DNA from: Chiloscyllium plagiosum
Lineage: Eukaryota
Assembly: GCF_004010195.1 (NCBI RefSeq)
Contig: NC_057719.1
Coordinates: forward strand, 40,833,239-40,870,117
Reading direction: 5' to 3'
DNA length: 36,879 nucleotides
Made by a program: the position numbers and the translations under genes. This document shows positions 32,844 through 36,879 of the stretch, one piece after another. Within the stretch, counting starts at the first letter, position 1; each line of letters opens with the position of its first letter. Under the pieces are notes generated by a model. That model was not told the origin of the DNA. It did no database searches and saw only the letters and a list, made by a program, of their open reading frames with translations.

Positions 32844-35800
32844 CATAAACTGTAGATTCCCATAACAATGTCCACATCATCATGAATGTGCTTGAAAGGA
32901 AATTTGCTTGACTGGCAAAGGCACATAAAATCCATAGTTATATTTAGTATCCATGAGAAACAATCCTGGAGATCCTAATAACATCAAAATGTAATGAAAA
33001 CAAACTGAAGATCCATTTCTGTAGTTACATCCATGATAATTAAAACTAGGATTTTGATGCAATCATGAAATCATCATGAGAAAGATCTGCTTTTTCACTG
33101 AAGGGTCAGGTCAGACATTGCTACTGGGTGCATTGTCAGGACACCTGTTTATTTGTTGCCAGTATTGATGAGTAATTAAGGACATAATAAGTGGATGTGG
33201 AGACACAATAACAATCATGGTGGCATTTCCTATCCTTTCCTTTTATAGTGCTAATTTGAAAGAGTTAGTGTTACATTTTTGATTGGTTACAAATCATTAT
33301 TAAAATACTAGCAGTTGTTGCTAGACTACAAATGTTTGCTAAGTTTTAAATAACCATAGGTTTCTGTAGAAAGGATGATTTAAACGGAGATAAATGCTAA
33401 ATTAAGTACTAAGTCAGTTTAAATTAATCAATAGGACTCTACTAGAAAAACTATATAAAGCATTATTTATAAGAAATCATATTCAAAGGACGTAAATTAT
33501 ACTTGTTCGGATGTTGTTTTCAAATTTGTAATTCAGTGTTATGTCAACATGTGACTTTTGATTATTTAGTTTTTTGCTTAAAATAACAAGAGCTTAGTGT
33601 TGAAAATTCAGCTTCTTCAATTAAAATGTATACTACAGCATGTAACAAAATCCATCATCTATTTTAAAGTGATTACATTTCAACACTTTGCCTTATGTCC
33701 ATGAAATCTATGTGATTCTTTATCTTTTGACAAATGCTATGCTAATAAGAAAACAGCAATCAATGTGTGATAGTACCCCTGTGGTCTATTCTTCCATAGC
33801 AGTTGGAGTCACATATTGCTAAAAATCATCTCATCTATCTCATTCTCTTTAATCCTACGACCTCAGTATGCATTGTGCAGCAGCACTAAATTGTGAAATT
33901 GTTCAGTGCCTGGAGGAGCAGGTTAGGGACCCTCCCTTGACACTTGATCTTTGAGTGTTTCTAGATGCGCCATATATTACTATCCTCTGCCATGTGGCTT
34001 GCTGTAAAGAAAGTATTCTCTAGAGCATTTTAAAAGACAGTTCCTATTAAGCATAAAACAGGTTAAGTGAAATGCAACTATACATAGAAATCAGAAAATA
34101 GAGCAAAGTTGAATGGTGCATATGTAATTATAAGTGAAAAAGCATAAGCTAGCAACATAATGTTGAAAGCTTAGCACAAATGCTATCTTCCTTGTTTGCG
34201 GACTTAAAAGGATAACACTATTATCCTTTGGGAATTGCTATTCAATCTGGCCTATAGCAATATCCTGCGGTTTGACAGTTTTTTTTGGTCTGAAGTAAGA
34301 AAAGACAAAAAAGCCAATAAAAGGCATTGAAAATCTCAATGTGAATAAAGATTTTGATAACTATCTCTTTCAAGAATTATGTTGAGTAGAACTATTCAAA
34401 ATTGAAACCATTTTTGTTTCTATTTCACATTTTCCATGTCTTCAATATATGAACAAATTCTGTGATAACTTGAAAAGAATAACAAAGGCTTGTGACATGC
34501 ATTTTTCTGCTTTTAGAATTTTTTAATTAAAGTTTGCATTTCACACTTTCGAATGTGTTCTCTTTTATATGTGCTAATCAAGTTAAACAGTTACAAAAAG
34601 CAAACGTCAGACAGTTGATTCAAGTTGATTTAAAACTGAGAAAAAATATATCCAATACTTAGTTGAAAAAACAGGAACTACTATACAAGAATTATTTATC
34701 GTAGTAAAGTGATCAGTGTCTTCAGAATGGTGCAATTATCCTGTCATAATTGAAGAGCTGACCAGGGTGCTAAACACTTCTGGAACAACATTGGTCCAAG
34801 GCTGGATAGTAATTAAGGATGTGTTTTTCCAAACAATCAAGCACCAATAAATGTTGTAGATGTGTTATGTGTAATTCTGCAAGAAGCAATTGTCTGAACT
34901 ATTGACATATTTTGAAAGCACTTAACAGTAACTGCATTTTCTAAATGATTGTGTAAATCTTTGTTAAAGGTAGCCATTTATCAAGTTATAAACTAGCATT
35001 GGAATGTCTAAATCTCAGGTTGATATCAAATATTGTATTGTACCAATTAGTTGATTAGAAGGATCTTGTTGGACTAAAGTCACAGATTTATTATTGCCAC
35101 TTTTGATTTGTAAATTAAAATTGGCAAGTTAATGTGGTTTTATACTGCTTAATTTGTAAAACAATCATAGAAACAAAATTAAAAAAGTATACAATGACAT
35201 CAAATCACTGCTGTTAACATGTTTGGAATGGTATGACTGTAAATTATAAGTTCTTGGTATTAAAAGAAAGTTCATATTATAAAATAATGGGGAAATAATT
35301 GCAACAGAAGGTCTTTGGAATTAAATCTGTTATATTTAATCTGTTATCCGTAATAATCTGTTTTGTGTTGTAGTTTGTTCAAAAGATATTCTTTATGACT
35401 GGCCTTGCAGTTGCCCTTTGCAAAGTTAGCACAGATGATGAGTCAGATGATGAATAATATGATTACAAGCTTCTATCTGGAGGCATTGTATCTCTGAGGA
35501 AATGACACAAACAGCCAGATGCAATGCCCAAAGGTCTGTGAAGCTTTGGACTTAGCATAAAACCTATCAATTGAAAACACAGAAAAATATCTAGTGCAAG
35601 TTCTCACATTAGAATTTTAGAACTCGTAATATTATTGGAAATCAAATCAAGTAAATTCACATCAGATATGAATAGGCTCAACAAGACATGATTGCTGCCT
35701 CTGAACAGAAACATAAGGCAAGTGACCTGAGTCTTAAGTACTAGGATTATGTGTTGCTTGACTGCAATAAACTCACCATCCTTTACTTGTTTATGTGCTG

Positions 35801-36597
35801 TATCACAACAGTATGGTCTCCTATTGCAAGTATTGATCTCAATCTCAAAGTAGGACATATTGTGATGCTTGCTTTCAATTCTGAACCACGTCCCATTCTC
35901 ATTCTTGATGTCCAGAAATCATTTGGTGTCAGGAAATTTGGCCTTCTGAAGTGCCTGTGGAAGGTTCCAATTGGAACTTCAGCACACTGAAAATTAGATC
36001 CAGGCAATCAAAGGTGAAAGGGAAGTGCAAGAACACATTTTTCTTCCTTCTCAAAGATTTTCTTGCAAATGACTGCTGTCGTTTGTTACAGGTGGGTATG
36101 AAAGTCTTTGAAACTCTGGGGTTAGCTCTTTTTTTTAATGAAAGACACTGAAGCCTGAACCTATATCAAATGGCACCAGCATATGCTGGTAGCATATGTC
36201 ACTTAAATGGAATTACAAATATATTCTGTGACTCTCGTGTGCCATATATTTTGTGAATTAAGGGAATTCCGACATGTTACAAAGGAGAGATGGACAATTA
36301 GTCAGGTAGTTCAGTCTGAGCTGACATCTTTTAGTGTCAAATAACAGAAAATGTATGATTTAGTTTCTTGGTTATTATCTCTACCCTGTGCTAGTTTTGA
36401 AATGGTTAATGGATACATACTTAAAAACAAAAAAGTGCAGAGCTCTGGGGAAAGGATTATAAAATGGTTTCCTGTTCTATCAAGTCAGTAAAGGTACAAT
36501 GAGCTGAATAGCCTATTTTTACACTGTTTGATTTTGGCAGTGAGAGTCTGAGGTGTAATGCTCTTAAGAGGATACTTCTAAAGTGTTCTGCATAATT

Positions 36598-36640
36598 TAG
36601 ATTATTTACAGCGTGGAAACAGGCACTTCAGCCCAACAAG
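36598..36640 (-). mobile_element. SINE/CR1 3' tail, interrupted by the PLE that follows
   Basis: tagattatttacagcgtggaaacaggcacttcagcccaacaag aligns to 21625-21668. Confidence 0.75.
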
Positions 36641-36879
36641 GTGAAAACAATGACTGCAGATGCTGGAAACCAGATTCTGGATTAGTGGTGCTGGAAGAGC
36701 ACAGCAGTTCAGGCAGCATCCAAGGAGCAGCGAAATCGACGTTTCAGGCAAAAGCCCTTAATCAGGAATAAAGACAGAGAGCCTGAAGCGTGGAGAGATA
36801 AGCTAGAGGGGGGTGGGTGTGGGGAGAAAGTAGCATAGAGTACAATGGGTGAGTGGGGGAGGGGATGAAGGTGATAAGT
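36640..36879 (-). mobile_element. PLE terminal repeat running off the window, mutated hammerhead (CUGAUUA)
   Basis: gactgcagatgctggaaac...gcagcatccaaggagcag...atcgacgtttcaggcaaaagcccttaatcaggaat, then G-rich sequence like 12200-12330. Confidence 0.85.

Noticed and set aside
35373..35500. Possible exon (FVQKIFF...STDDESDDE*) or C/D snoRNA (two ATGATGA, CTGA)
   Set aside because: It is out of phase with the KIF26A exon and has no recognisable homology. There is no terminal stem or clear guide for a snoRNA.
1..36879. CRISPR arrays, operons, retrons or other prokaryotic systems
   Set aside because: The sequence is vertebrate intronic DNA. The recurring repeats are dispersed retroelements with TSDs, not repeat-spacer arrays.

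Overview
Eukaryotic (vertebrate) genomic DNA, not prokaryotic. The repeat families (CR1/HER1-type LINEs, HE1-type SINEs, Penelope-like elements) point to an elasmobranch (shark); this is an inference. The only host coding sequence I can support is one 170-nt internal exon at 19048-19217 (+). It encodes ...MTECGKESL...GTSAAASFFIR and matches the pre-motor region of kinesin KIF26A/KIF26B, so the whole window is probably intronic in KIF26A. Bases 1-16300 are a dense nest of decayed CR1 and L2-type LINEs with resolvable nesting, target-site duplications (TSDs) and a possible twin-priming inversion. The most distinctive signal is about 13 minimal hammerhead-ribozyme motifs carried by Penelope-like element (PLE) terminal repeats of at least two families. 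They occur as ~130-bp solo inserts and as head-to-head palindromes with 8-15 bp TSDs. Two copies have an intact core (5964-6003 and 29262-29297, both antisense to the host gene), while all sense-strand copies are damaged. The right half also holds a decayed PIF/Harbinger element with a Myb/SANT remnant, a 148-bp tandem duplication, a CTCF site with an upstream motif and several enhancer-like AT-rich blocks. There are two assembly gaps (3471-3644, 6462-7436). Most ORFs in the supplied track are transposon debris or chance. Family names come from recalled consensus features, not from database searches.
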